A stretch of 64,000 nucleotides of DNA from Catenulispora sp. (GCA_013361685.1 JABFXP010000051.1:78013-142012); one strand, 5' to 3'. Shown: positions 1-9,431, counted from the first letter of the stretch. The notes: generated by a model not told the origin, from the sequence alone. Program-made: numbers and translations.

Positions 1-477
1 CCCGCCCCGCCGCACTGGAGCCGGGGCCGCTATCCCGACCTGCTCGCCGACCACCCGGTCGTGTTCGTCACCTGGCACGACGCCGCCGCCTACGCGACCT
101 GGGCCGACAAGCAGCTGCCCACCGCCCAGCAGTGGGAGAAGGCGGCCCGCGGCGGCAAAGGCGCGGCGTTCCCCTGGGGCGACCAGGAGACCCCGTTCAA
201 GTGCAACGTCCGCGAATCGCGAGTCCGTAGTACCACCCCCGTCGACCGCTACCACAGCGGGGTGAGTTCCTACGGGGTGTATGACCTGTGCGGCAACATC
301 TGGGAGTGGTGCTCCACCGCCAGCGGCGCGGACCGGCGCGAGCTGAAGGGCTCCGCCTTCACCAGCGCGTTCGCCCGCGCACTGCCGTCGGCGTTCAACG
401 ACGCCAACGTCGAAATGGCCGACGACGACACCGGCTTCCGGTGTGCCACCGCCACCGACGCCGACCTGATCTCCTGA
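1..477 (+). CDS. FGE-sulfatase (formylglycine-generating enzyme/SUMF1-like) domain protein, N-terminus outside window
   Basis: Frame is open from base 1 to the TGA at 475-477. Motifs VTWHDAAAYATWA, LPTAQQWEKAARG, FPWGD, DLCGNIWEW and GFRCA are characteristic of the FGE-sulfatase fold. Confidence 0.75.
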   Translation, partial: PAPPHWSRGRYPDLLADHPVVFVTWHDAAAYATWADKQLPTAQQWEKAARGGKGAAFPWGDQETPFKCNVRESRVRSTTPVDRYHSGVSSYGVYDLCGNIWEWCSTASGADRRELKGSAFTSAFARALPSAFNDANVEMADDDTGFRCATATDADLIS

Positions 478-515
478 ATACATCGGCAACCCGCCCAGCG
501 GGGCCTTCGCGGCAG

Positions 516-1007
516 TCACGTCGCCTCGTCCTGGAACAGGTCGGCCAAGCACGGCATCGGTGGCAGGACCGGCACGACCTGGCGGCGGTGGTCGGAGTTG
601 ATCAGGGCCCGTGCCAGCTCCCGGGCTTCGCGGACCTCATGGTCGCCGTAGGCGTTCGAGATCAGGAAGAGCACGTCCAACGTCGCCTGCAAGCTCGCGG
701 CCCTGATCGTGTGCACCGGGTGGGTGCTCCACTGCGGCTCGATGGGCAGCAGGCCGCTGCGGTAGGCCGCGCCGACGATCCCGGGCCGGTCACGTTCGCC
801 GAGTGCCGAACGCAGGACCCGCACGTGGCGTGCGACCGCGCCGACGGTGATCCCCAGATCGGCGGCAATCTGGGCGTACGACCGGCCGTGCGCCATGCCG
901 ATCACGACGTCCTGCGTCACGGCCTCGAACGAAGGCACAGGAGACTTCGGCTGGTACGTGGCGGCGAGCGCCGCCTCGGACAGTGGCCTGGGCATCGGGT
1001 CATCCAA
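516..1007 (-). CDS. LuxR/GerE-type HTH regulator with uncharacterised C-terminal domain
   Basis: 163-aa ORF with an N-terminal GerE-like HTH (GMAHGRSYAQIAADLGITVGAVARHVRVLRSALG). TTG start at 1007; alternative ATG at 995. Confidence 0.6.
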   Translation of the reverse strand: MDDPMPRPLSEAALAATYQPKSPVPSFEAVTQDVVIGMAHGRSYAQIAADLGITVGAVARHVRVLRSALGERDRPGIVGAAYRSGLLPIEPQWSTHPVHTIRAASLQATLDVLFLISNAYGDHEVREARELARALINSDHRRQVVPVLPPMPCLADLFQDEAT

Positions 1008-1178
1008 CTTCTCTACGGGGACTTTGACGGCGGGCTAGTCGGGACGGCACCGTGTCGTGGGCACGTCCGGGGCGGCTCGCATCTCCTCGGGTCGCTGCGT
1101 CCGGCCAGCCGTAGGCGTCGACTCGGTCGACCGCCCTGCGGCTGGCCACGGCGCTAACGTCCGAGCCGGTGGGACGGG

Positions 1179-1964
1179 TCAGTTCCTGCCGGCCATGACG
1201 CCGCCGTCGACCGGCCAGACGACGCCGGTGACCCAGGCGGCCTGGTCTGACAGGAGGAACTCGATCACGCAGGCCACGTCGTCCGGCTCGCCGATCCGGC
1301 CGATGGGGTGGAACCCGTTGAACTCGGCGAGCGCGGCGTCGACCTCCGCCTCAGGGACGAACGACCGGTAGATCGGCGTCCGGACGATGGCCGGCGCGAC
1401 GGCGCCGACCCGGATGCCGTCCGCGCGCAGCTCCATCGCCAGGTGCTGGGTCAGCGCGTGGATCCCCGCCTTGGCCATCGAGTACGCCGACGACGGGGTC
1501 GCGGCCACGGCCTGCAGCGCCCACATCGAGCCGACGTTGACCACCGCCCCCTGCACCCCGGTGGCGATCATGTTGCGGGTGACGGCCTGCGTGACGAAGA
1601 ACAGCCCGAAGTTGATGGCGTGGTACGCGTCGAAGTCCTCGGAGGTGTGCAGCAGGAACGCCTTCGGGCTGAACACGCCCGCGGAGTTCACCAGGCCGAC
1701 GGCGTCGCCGTGCTCCTCGGTGAGGATCCGGCACAGGCCGTCGACGGCCGCGCGGTCGCACAGGTCCGCGCCGACACCGAACACCTTGCCGCCGCCGGCG
1801 GACAGGTCCTCGGCGGCCTGGTCGGCGCCGGCCTGCGTGCGGCCGGTGACGACGACGGTGCCGCCGGCGTCCACGACGCGCCGGGCGACGGCTCGGCCGA
1901 TGCCCGAGGTGCCGCCTATGATGATGATCTTCTTGCCGGCGAAGGACTTGAGGGTGCTGGACAT
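1179..1964 (-). CDS. SDR family NAD(P)-dependent oxidoreductase
   Basis: Rossmann motif IIIGGTSGIGRAVA and YxxxK region SSAYSMAKAG. ATG at 1964 is preceded by an AAGGGAG RBS; the track start at 2000 is less likely. Confidence 0.85.
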   Translation of the reverse strand: MSSTLKSFAGKKIIIIGGTSGIGRAVARRVVDAGGTVVVTGRTQAGADQAAEDLSAGGGKVFGVGADLCDRAAVDGLCRILTEEHGDAVGLVNSAGVFSPKAFLLHTSEDFDAYHAINFGLFFVTQAVTRNMIATGVQGAVVNVGSMWALQAVAATPSSAYSMAKAGIHALTQHLAMELRADGIRVGAVAPAIVRTPIYRSFVPEAEVDAALAEFNGFHPIGRIGEPDDVACVIEFLLSDQAAWVTGVVWPVDGGVMAGRN

Positions 1965-2220
1965 GCAGGTGCTCCCTTGCAGATCGGATGTCCCGGACAC
2001 GGAGTGGTCCGGAGTCGGAGTGGCGTTGGTTCCTCGTTCCGGTTGCTGCCTGCTGTGCGGGTCCTGCTTCGCCTACCACTCGGCAGGTGCCAGGGCCCGC
2101 ACAGCAGGGCCGTTCCTCCCGGGCTTCGCCGCAACGGTCACGGCGCGGCGGAGCCCGGGAAGTCACACACCGCCAGGACCTAGTAGTTCCAGGGACGGAA
2201 CCCGGCGGTCGTCGTTGGGA

Positions 2221-3231
2221 CTACTCCGGTGCCTCCGCGTGGGCCGCCGCAAGCAGGCGGTCTGCGCCACGAGCCGTCAGCTCACGGGCCACCTCTGCGC
2301 CCAGTGCCCACGGGTCGAGGCCGGAGGCGACGTATTCGACGGCCTCGGAGCCGTCCGGGCTGAAGACCTTCCCGGTCAAGGTGAGGTTGCAACCGGAGCG
2401 AGCGACGGTGGCGTGTCCGGAGATCGCCGAGGAGCAGTTGCCGCCAAGACCGGCGAGCATCGCCCGCTCCGCGCTCGCCGCAGCATCGGTCTCGGGGTCG
2501 CGGAGCGCAGCGAGCAGCGCCGCCACCAACGCGTCGTCGCGCAGGGATTGGACGGTGACCACCGCCGCTCCGGCGGCCGGCGCGATCTGCTCCAAGGTGA
2601 ACGTCTGACTCTGGGCGGTCGGCAGGCCCAGGCGTAGCAGCCCTTCGTACGACACCACCAGCCCGTCCAACCCACCGCTCGGGTCGTTCAGCCGCGCGAT
2701 GCGGGAGTCCACGTTCCCCTTCACCGGCACCACGACCAGGTCGGGACGCAGACGGCGCAGCTGGGCGCTCCGGCGCGGCGCGCACGTCCCGATCCGGGCA
2801 CCGGACGGCAGCTCGTCCAACCGGCGCCTGTCAGAGGAGATCAGCGCGTCCAGCACGCTGCCACGGGCCAGCCTCGCGGCCGTGACGATGCCGGACTCAG
2901 CCTCGGGCTCAGCGTCCAGATCCTTCTCGCAGTGCACCGCGGCGTGGATGTCTCCGGCGAGCAGCGCGCAGTCGATGTTGTCGGTGTAGATCTTCTTGCC
3001 CTCGACCGGTGGCCGGTCGACGGCCGTGTCCGCGCCGACCTTGATCGGAACGATGCGCACGCCGATACCCGGCGCGACCTGCCTGATTTTGGTCGCGACG
3101 TCCTCGAGCTGCGCCAGCGACATCGCCGAGCCTCGCCCGCCGAGTAACAATGGCGCCTCGCGCGTGAACCTGGCGGCAGCCACGACGGTGATCTCGGCCC
3201 ACATGCTTGGGGCCTGACTGGTCGATGTCAT
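2221..3231 (-). CDS. hydroxymethylbilane synthase (HemC)-like protein, divergent paralogue
   Basis: 336 aa from the ATG at 3231. HemC-like blocks GGRGSAMSLAQ, GKKIYTDNIDCALLAGDIHAAVHCEKDL, GTCAPRRSAQL and VPVKGNVDSRIARL, plus the cofactor-cysteine region GLGGNCSSAISGHA. The upstream 153 codons of the 489-aa track ORF are Arg/Pro-rich and look non-coding. Confidence 0.7.
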   Translation of the reverse strand: MTSTSQAPSMWAEITVVAAARFTREAPLLLGGRGSAMSLAQLEDVATKIRQVAPGIGVRIVPIKVGADTAVDRPPVEGKKIYTDNIDCALLAGDIHAAVHCEKDLDAEPEAESGIVTAARLARGSVLDALISSDRRRLDELPSGARIGTCAPRRSAQLRRLRPDLVVVPVKGNVDSRIARLNDPSGGLDGLVVSYEGLLRLGLPTAQSQTFTLEQIAPAAGAAVVTVQSLRDDALVAALLAALRDPETDAAASAERAMLAGLGGNCSSAISGHATVARSGCNLTLTGKVFSPDGSEAVEYVASGLDPWALGAEVARELTARGADRLLAAAHAEAPE

Positions 3232-3385
3232 GCGTGCGCTCTCCTCGACAGGGCGGCCCGCTGCGCGGGCCGGTCGTTCGCATCGGCGGGTTCGGTCGAC
3301 GCTGCTGGTACTGGTGACTCGATCGAGCGCCACGGCTGCAGGCAGTTGAGCGCCAGGAGGTGCGCCGCTCGTGCTGGTGTTGAGG

Positions 3386-4033
3386 TCACAGCGCCCCCAG
3401 TCCGGCGAGCACACGCTGGCCCATCTCTGCGTCCAGCGGCTCCACCCGGAGGTCGCGCATCGTCGTGGGCAGGACGTCGAGCATGGTGCTGTCATCGCGC
3501 GACGCTGCTGCCACACTCGGCGAGCTCTCTGGCGATACGGTCGGCGCCGGTATGGCGGGCTCTCTGTCGGAGAACAGGAGTACGGCGTAGACCGACTTGC
3601 CTCGCACGGTGCCGTCCTCCTCCTCGTCCATCTCGCACCCCCACCGGTCGGACAACGCTTCGACCAGGAACAAACCACGACCGCTCTCATCGGCAGGACC
3701 AGCTGTGTCCGGCTTCGGCGTCGACTGCCAGAACGGGTCCCAGCAGCTCACGGCTACACCGCCGGGAAAGCGGATCAGCGTCATCGCCAGCTCCGGCGTG
3801 TCCGTCGAGGAGTCGGCCTGGGCCGCCGGCAGCGAAAGCAGTGCCTTGATCCCGTTCGTAGCAAGTTCCGAGGCGAGCAGTTCCAGAGTCTCGGCGACCT
3901 CGGCCGCGCACAGCGCCCGTGCTATGCCTCCGACCGCGTGCCGAACGTCGGCGACGAATGCCGGATCGGCCTGGAAGGTCAGCCGAAGACCTAAGTGGCC
4001 AGCGAGCAGTTGGTCAGCGGTGCGAGTCGCCAT
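3386..4033 (-). CDS. ATP-binding protein (HATPase_c_2, SpoIIAB-like anti-sigma kinase fold) of a WhiJ-type module
   Basis: Motifs ELATNGIKA and ESGRGLFLVEALSDRWG. It lies divergent to the XRE/DUF5753 plus DUF397 pair, the classic actinomycete triad. Confidence 0.7.
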   Translation of the reverse strand: MATRTADQLLAGHLGLRLTFQADPAFVADVRHAVGGIARALCAAEVAETLELLASELATNGIKALLSLPAAQADSSTDTPELAMTLIRFPGGVAVSCWDPFWQSTPKPDTAGPADESGRGLFLVEALSDRWGCEMDEEEDGTVRGKSVYAVLLFSDREPAIPAPTVSPESSPSVAAASRDDSTMLDVLPTTMRDLRVEPLDAEMGQRVLAGLGAL

Positions 4034-4200
4034 GTCTGTTTCCGATGTTCGTCTTCGTGATCATCAGCTAACGGTGCGTCACTGTGCTCAGTGTGCATCA
4101 GAGCGTTCACATGTGCAAGCACCTGAGAAAGATTGCTTGGCTTTTGCGCAGTGGTCGATCACCGCGGCGTGGCACACTGGCACCGACAAGGAGGTGAACG

Positions 4201-5025
4201 GTGGCGTTCCAGGCGTCAGCAGCTCAGCAGCAGCTCGCTCGTGATCTGAAGCAACTCCGGGGAACGACCTCGATCAAGACAGTCGAGGCTGCCTGCGGCT
4301 GGGGCTACGGCAAGATCTCGAAGATTGAGAACTCTCGAATCGGCATCAGTCAACCTGATCTTGATCGACTGTTGGAGTATTACGGAGTCGGCCAGGAGGA
4401 GAGGGCTCGCCTCAGTAGCTTGCTGCAGAGCAGTCGCACGGACCGATGGTGGGAGGCGTTCAACCGCTGGCTGAATCCGACCCAGGCGGCACATGTGGCC
4501 TGGGAGAACGAAGCAGTCCGCATCCATCACGCGCAACCGTCCTATGTCCCGGGACTCCTTCAGACCGTCGACTATGCGACTGCGCTCATCCGCGATGACG
4601 GCTTCCAGCCGGACCCGGACAAAGTGGATGCTCTGGTAGCACTGCGCATGCAGCGCCAAGCTCGATTGGACGAGGCAGAGCCTCCAGAACTCAACGTGCT
4701 CCTCGCAGAGGCAGTCTTGTGGAACGCCTACGGAAGCGCCGAGATCCTGACCGCGCAGCTCGAGCACCTGCGTAGGATGATGGAGAGGCCCGCGGTCAAC
4801 GTGCGCATTGTCCCGTTCAGCCGAATGACCCTCATGTCCTCGATCGAGCTCTTCGAACTCGAGGTCGGGGCGGTCGTGATGACCGAAGGCATGTGGCAGC
4901 ACGCAGTCCTGGACAGCGACCTGGAGATCAAACAGGCTCGGCGGGCACTCGCGTACCTTGGCGAGCGCGCCCTTACCGAAATTGAAACTATTCAGCAGAT
5001 CGAACAGAGGATCAAGCAGCAATGA
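4201..5025 (+). CDS. XRE-family HTH regulator with DUF5753-like C-terminal domain (WhiJ/AbaA-like)
   Basis: N-terminal HTH (IKTVEAACGWGYGKISKIENSRIGISQPDLDRL). Central motif SYVPGLLQTVDYA is typical of this family. GTG start. Confidence 0.85.
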   Translation: MAFQASAAQQQLARDLKQLRGTTSIKTVEAACGWGYGKISKIENSRIGISQPDLDRLLEYYGVGQEERARLSSLLQSSRTDRWWEAFNRWLNPTQAAHVAWENEAVRIHHAQPSYVPGLLQTVDYATALIRDDGFQPDPDKVDALVALRMQRQARLDEAEPPELNVLLAEAVLWNAYGSAEILTAQLEHLRRMMERPAVNVRIVPFSRMTLMSSIELFELEVGAVVMTEGMWQHAVLDSDLEIKQARRALAYLGERALTEIETIQQIEQRIKQQ

Positions 5026-5225
5026 CTGCACCGAGGGACGTCTGGTTCAAGGCGTCTGCATCGAACGGAAACAACGGCGGGTGCGTCGAGGTGAAGGTCA
5101 CCGATGACGCAGTTCTCGTCCGTGACAGTAAGCTCGGCGATGACAGCCCCGTCCTGAACTTCACCCACTTCGAGTGGGAGTGCCTACAGGCCGGCATGTC
5201 AAACGGCGAGTTCGACCTGAGCTAG
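5022..5225 (+). CDS. DUF397 domain protein
   Basis: WFKASASNGNNGGCVEVKV...VLVRDSK signature. ATGA start/stop overlap with the upstream XRE gene. Confidence 0.85.
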   Translation: MTAPRDVWFKASASNGNNGGCVEVKVTDDAVLVRDSKLGDDSPVLNFTHFEWECLQAGMSNGEFDLS

Positions 5226-5247
5226 ACTGCCACGCGCGGTCCGTCCA

Positions 5248-5279
5248 TCCCGTCGCGAGGGGGTGCGGGCTGTTTTTTG
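5248..5279 (+). terminator. probable intrinsic terminator after the DUF397 gene
   Basis: GC-rich imperfect hairpin (cccgtcgcgagggggtgcggg) followed by TGTTTTTTG. A T-run is rare in this GC-rich DNA. Confidence 0.4.
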
Positions 5280-5480
5280 CTTTCCGGGGGGCGTACGGAC
5301 CGACTGGCCGTGCGCCCCGATGGCGGGCACTGCGCCGTCTATCTTCACAAGTGTTGAGTTCTCAAGCAGCGCAAACCGCGGCATGACTACCGGGTGATCC
5401 AATCGCTAGAGGCCGTTCTTCCAGGATGGGCGGGGTGGGCGGTCGCCCTCCACTGGTTCCTATGAGTTTCTACGTGGATT

Positions 5481-6332
5481 TCAGCCGAGGGCCTGGACTG
5501 CACGGGCGATCAGGTTTCTAGCTGAGGCGCCGTAGACAGCTAGCGCCGAGAGCTCGGCGAATGCCTGCTCATACAGGCTGACTTCGCGCGGTTGAGTCAC
5601 CGTCAGGTATGCGCCCACCAGCTCGACGGATACCTGTGCAGTGTCGTAGATCCAGAACCCTTCAGTTGGCTGGCGTTCACGCCGTGCGGACGACGGAATG
5701 ATCCCGAGTCGGATGTTGGGAACGGCCAGCAGGGTCAGCAGGTGTGCGAGCTGGCCGGTCATGACATCATCGTCGGCGATCCGGGTGCCAAGTACCTGCT
5801 CTTCAAGCAGGAAAGCGAACGTCTTCTCCTGCGTATTGAGCAGCTGCTGCCGCAGCATGCGCACCTCGACAGCAGCGTCGACGTCGTCGGCGAGGCCGCG
5901 GCGCCGCTGCGTGTTGCGTAGTACGGCAGTGGTGTATGCGCGGGTCTGGATCATGCCGGAGATGATGGTCGGGCTGTACGAGCGAAACCGTTCCGTGCGT
6001 TCGAACAAAGGGCGCACGCTCTCCTGCGCGGCGCGTAGGCCGGCGCGCTCCATACGCCGCCACTCCACGTACGTACCCTCGGCGAGCCGCAGGGACGCAA
6101 CGATTCCGGGGATCTCGTCTGCAGCCTCGCATGCTTGACACCAGGCCCGGACGTCAGCCTCCGACGGCGGGGTGACCGCCCTGATAATTCGGCTGACCTT
6201 CGACTCCTGCCAGCCAAGACGGCGAGCCATCTCTCGCCCGGAAGCGATGCCCGCGTCCCGCATCACCTCAATCAGCCGAGCGGCGAGTTGCTCGCGCGAT
6301 TGCTGGACAGAGGAGTACGGGGACGCGGGCAA
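5481..6332 (-). CDS. XRE-family HTH regulator with DUF5753-like domain (second WhiJ-like regulator)
   Basis: HTH REMARRLGWQESKVSRIIRAV and motif ISGMIQTRAYTTAVL. TTG start. Confidence 0.8.
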   Translation of the reverse strand: MPASPYSSVQQSREQLAARLIEVMRDAGIASGREMARRLGWQESKVSRIIRAVTPPSEADVRAWCQACEAADEIPGIVASLRLAEGTYVEWRRMERAGLRAAQESVRPLFERTERFRSYSPTIISGMIQTRAYTTAVLRNTQRRRGLADDVDAAVEVRMLRQQLLNTQEKTFAFLLEEQVLGTRIADDDVMTGQLAHLLTLLAVPNIRLGIIPSSARRERQPTEGFWIYDTAQVSVELVGAYLTVTQPREVSLYEQAFAELSALAVYGASARNLIARAVQALG

Positions 6333-6338
6333 CGGGGC

Positions 6339-6857
6339 CTACGCGGGAACGTAGCTGTCGTGCGGTATGGCGCGAGCCCAAGCGGCCTCGAACGAGTCAG
6401 CAGCGATCTTGGCGATCTCCGGTTCGCTGCGCAGCTCGTGGCCAGTGGACGCCCCGTCGCCGGAGAAGTATCCAAACAGGACAGACGAGCTGTCGAGGAC
6501 CCAGAAGTCGACTGGCACGACCGCGAGATCCGTACAAGCGCGCCGGGGAAGCCAGCGGACCTGCTCGCCCGCAGCGATGTTCACAACCGTGATAGCTCGC
6601 TCCCAACGCAGGTAGTCGCTCAGCGGTTCGGAGACGATCCGCAGGCGCCGGAACTCCACGCCCCTGGCCCTGGCCTCCCGAACTGTGCGGACCCAACTGC
6701 CCCAGAACGGTCCGTCCGGGTCGATGTCGGGAGCGTTCCCTGCAAGGAACGCCTCGTAAGAGGCACGTTGCCCCTCGCCGAGCGCATAGGCGTCACGTTG
6801 TTCGAGGTGGAAAGCGGACCGGGACGTGGTGGTCAGCGCCTGGCGGAAGGGTGTCAC
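6339..6857 (-). CDS. DUF6879-like protein
   Basis: 172-aa ORF with motifs FHLEQRDAY, FRRLRIVSEPLSDYLRWE and DFWVLD, recalled from DUF6879 proteins encoded next to XRE regulators. GTGA overlap with the upstream small ORF. Confidence 0.6.
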   Translation of the reverse strand: MTPFRQALTTTSRSAFHLEQRDAYALGEGQRASYEAFLAGNAPDIDPDGPFWGSWVRTVREARARGVEFRRLRIVSEPLSDYLRWERAITVVNIAAGEQVRWLPRRACTDLAVVPVDFWVLDSSSVLFGYFSGDGASTGHELRSEPEIAKIAADSFEAAWARAIPHDSYVPA

Positions 6858-7093
6858 CCGAGCGCCGCCTTCAGGGCCGGGATGATCGAGGCAGGGAGGC
6901 GGACCATCGTCTCGTGGTCCGGCACGACGGTGGAGTGCCCGGGGGTGGAGCCGGCCGCCGCCGCCAGCGCGTAGTCCTCGCCGGTCGCGCGGTAGCCCTG
7001 CACCATCAGGTCGCCGGTCTCGTTGTCGCGCCAGACCGTTGGCGAGTCGTCGACCGGGGTGTTCGGGATCTGTGCCAGGAAAGTGAACGCCAT
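6854..7093 (-). CDS. small hypothetical protein (79 aa), first gene of the DUF6879/XRE operon
   Basis: ATG at 7093 preceded by a GGAGGGA RBS. Translationally coupled (GTGA) to the DUF6879-like gene. No recognised domain. Confidence 0.5.
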   Translation of the reverse strand: MAFTFLAQIPNTPVDDSPTVWRDNETGDLMVQGYRATGEDYALAAAAGSTPGHSTVVPDHETMVRLPASIIPALKAALG

Positions 7094-7409
7094 GATGTCC
7101 CTCCGAGTGTTAGGAGATCGAGCCATTGCTGCGAGCTTGCAACCGAAGCGGACATAGCGGAAGAGGGTTTCTACAGGTTTCTACGCCAGTCTACTGAGAC
7201 TTCCGCGGGGCTGGCGCTACCTGGGGCGTTGCGATGCCATCATCAACATGCGTGGTCGGTACCGACCTTCCGCGCCTCGACTCCCCACTGGCCGAGCGCA
7301 AGCCGTGGCGGCGCTGCTACCTCTTCGACGACATGCGCACACATACGACTACTATCTCCAGGACGCTGGCGCGCTCTGAGAACCAACCGGCAGGGAAGGA
7401 GCTCCTGAT

Positions 7410-8324
7410 TTGACCGCCACCGACACGTCCCCGGCCGCAGACGCCGACGGACGCCTGCTGGCCCGCATCACCGAACAGACGGGACAGCCGGCCGTTCTGG
7501 CCGGCCAGCTGTCCGGATCGATCCTCAACATCGTCCACGCTGTCCGCTGCGATGGGCGTGACCTCATCGCCAAGTACGGCGTCGCGGACGGCGCGTCGGA
7601 CGGCATCCGGCGTGAGGCCACAGTCTTGGCGCTACTCGCCGATACCGAGGTCCCCGTCGCGCACGCCGTTCTGCTGCCCGCAGCCCCGGAGTTCCCGCAC
7701 GATCTTCTGCTGCTAGACCTGCTGCCGGGCCAGCCCGCAGCCCCGGACAGCGAGGTCCTGACCGACGCCGGACGGAGTCTGCGCCGGCTGCACGAGGTGC
7801 ACGCCCCTGGGTTCGGCCTGGTCGGCCCCGGCACCCACGGCCTGACGGGCACCGTCGACAGCTGGGCCGCAGTCATCGGCGCCGCCCTGGACGATGCCCG
7901 GCAGGCCATCCCGGCAGACGTCCTGCCGACGGCCGTTCACGACGAGGCCGCTGCGCAGCAGCGCCAGCCCCACATCCACGCCCACCTCGCCGGCATCCAG
8001 CACGGCGCTCTGCTGCACGGCGACCTGATGCGCCGGCACGTGTGGGACGACCACGGCCGCCTCGCGGGCCTGATCGACTGGGGCGACGCGATGATCGGCG
8101 ACCCGCTGTTCGACCTGGCCCGCTTCTCGATGTCCGGTGCCGCAGCGTTCGACAAGCTCCGCATCGGCTACGGTGGCCCCGCTCCGGACGGGCACGTCCT
8201 GTCCTTCTATCGGATGGTCTGGTCCCTCACCGCGCTCGCGTCCGAATGTCGCGCCGGTGGCGACTGGTTCGACAGCTATATCGAGACCGTGCGCCGCGAG
8301 CTGGACCTCATGCCCAGTTCGTAG
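7410..8324 (+). CDS. aminoglycoside/choline-kinase-type phosphotransferase (APH family)
   Basis: TTG start with a GGAAGGAG RBS. Catalytic region LLHGDLMRRHVW and GLIDWGDAMIGDPLFDLARF. Confidence 0.8.
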   Translation: MTATDTSPAADADGRLLARITEQTGQPAVLAGQLSGSILNIVHAVRCDGRDLIAKYGVADGASDGIRREATVLALLADTEVPVAHAVLLPAAPEFPHDLLLLDLLPGQPAAPDSEVLTDAGRSLRRLHEVHAPGFGLVGPGTHGLTGTVDSWAAVIGAALDDARQAIPADVLPTAVHDEAAAQQRQPHIHAHLAGIQHGALLHGDLMRRHVWDDHGRLAGLIDWGDAMIGDPLFDLARFSMSGAAAFDKLRIGYGGPAPDGHVLSFYRMVWSLTALASECRAGGDWFDSYIETVRRELDLMPSS

Positions 8325-8751
8325 ACCGGTACTTCGCGAGGCCCTCCGAGAGCCGGCATCAATTTCGATGTCAGCCGGTACACCGCGCCGAGTTCGCGAT
8401 CGCCTGCGCGGATTCGCCAGCGGATGCGAGATCCGCTCGATCGAAGCTCGTACGGCCGGGAACGATACGGCACGCACCATCACTCTGAGACAGATCCAAA
8501 CTTTGTTTGGACCCACAATCCGCCGGCCACAGCATGCCGTTCAGCCGACGGGCTGACGATCCTGCGGACCGGAAATCCGCGTGGGCCGTCAGCGAGTCAG
8601 AGGACGTACACGTCCACGCGGAACGCAGTCGGAACGCTCCCTGGACCACGCCGGGACCAATCGGCGCTGTCGTCGGGTGGGAGCCTCGACACTTTCAAGA
8701 TCTAAAACACGAAACCCCTGGTCAGATGCCTGCCAGAGGTTTCGCTACGGG

Positions 8752-8793
8752 TGCGCCGCCAGGGACTTGAACCCCGAACCCGCGGATTAAGAG
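8752..8793 (-). other. 3' fragment of a tRNA-Lys(CTT) gene (anticodon loop to acceptor end), att-like remnant
   Basis: Minus strand reads CTCTTAATCCGCGGGTTCGGGGTTCAAGTCCCTGGCGGCGCA. This gives an anticodon loop CTCTTAA, a T-arm CGGGG-TTCAAGT-CCCTG and an acceptor 3' strand GCGGCGC plus A. No matching 5' acceptor strand or D-arm lies upstream. Confidence 0.7.
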
Positions 8794-9431
8794 GAGATTC
8801 TCCGAAGTCCGCTGGTAGGAGCACAGGCAGTCGTTGATAGGCGGATCCGGGTGGTCCAGGGTGGTCCAGGGCGAACGGAACCCTTGTGCAGCGGATTTGT
8901 GAGCCATTGCCCACGGGAGGTGGGCGCGATGACCTGGACGCGGTCTGCCCGGTCGGCGCGCTTGACGGCTTCGGCACCGGTCCGGTCGCCGATTTTGGTG
9001 GTCGGGGCTGTCATGCATCCGCAAGGAGAGGGTCGTCCGATTCTTGTTCGCGGCGATCCGCATCGGGCCGAAGTCGACTCCGCGAACCGTGTTCGACTAC
9101 GACCGGGTCGCGATCGTACGCCACGCTTCTTGAGGACCGACCCGTACAGGTCAACCACGTGCCGGAACCACCCGGGCACCGGGATCGTCTGTCAATCGTC
9201 CAAACCGGTGTGGACACGGTCATGCGGTCGATGTGGGCGAAGGCGACATGCGCCGCCGTCGAGGGGTCGGTGATCGCATCCGGATGCGCCGGAAGTCTGG
9301 AACGTGGCGGCCGGCCGCGGCGGCGACCACCAGCTGCTCGAGGTTCGCCTTGCCGATGCCGACCCTGCAGCGCCGGGTGAGTAGGGCGGCATGTTCATGC
9401 CGAGCCGCCGCTCCACCCCGGGCGGTACTTG

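Noticed and set aside
288-2183. Long ORFs (289, 291 and 271 aa) overlapping the FGE, LuxR and SDR genes in other frames or on the other strand.
   Set aside because: Their products are extremely Arg/Pro/Gly-rich and low-complexity. This is the usual out-of-frame artefact of 70% GC DNA. The overlapping frames carry clear family motifs.
8752-8830. An intact tRNA-Lys carrying a 14-nt insertion in the anticodon loop. GCGGA at 8808-8812 could pair with TCCGC.
   Set aside because: No acceptor 5' strand (GCGCCGC) or D-arm exists upstream, so this is a 3' fragment rather than an interrupted tRNA.
8851-8870. Tandem repeat gtggtccagg x2 as a CRISPR or VNTR array.
   Set aside because: There are only two copies and no spacers. 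No CRISPR-like array was seen anywhere in the window.
8330-9430. A degraded integrase or transposase gene in the gene-poor stretch. An example peptide is WFRHVVDLYGSVLKKRG.
   Set aside because: The short peptide similarities are too weak to assign by eye. The stretch is reported only as part of the island-boundary finding and needs a tblastx search.
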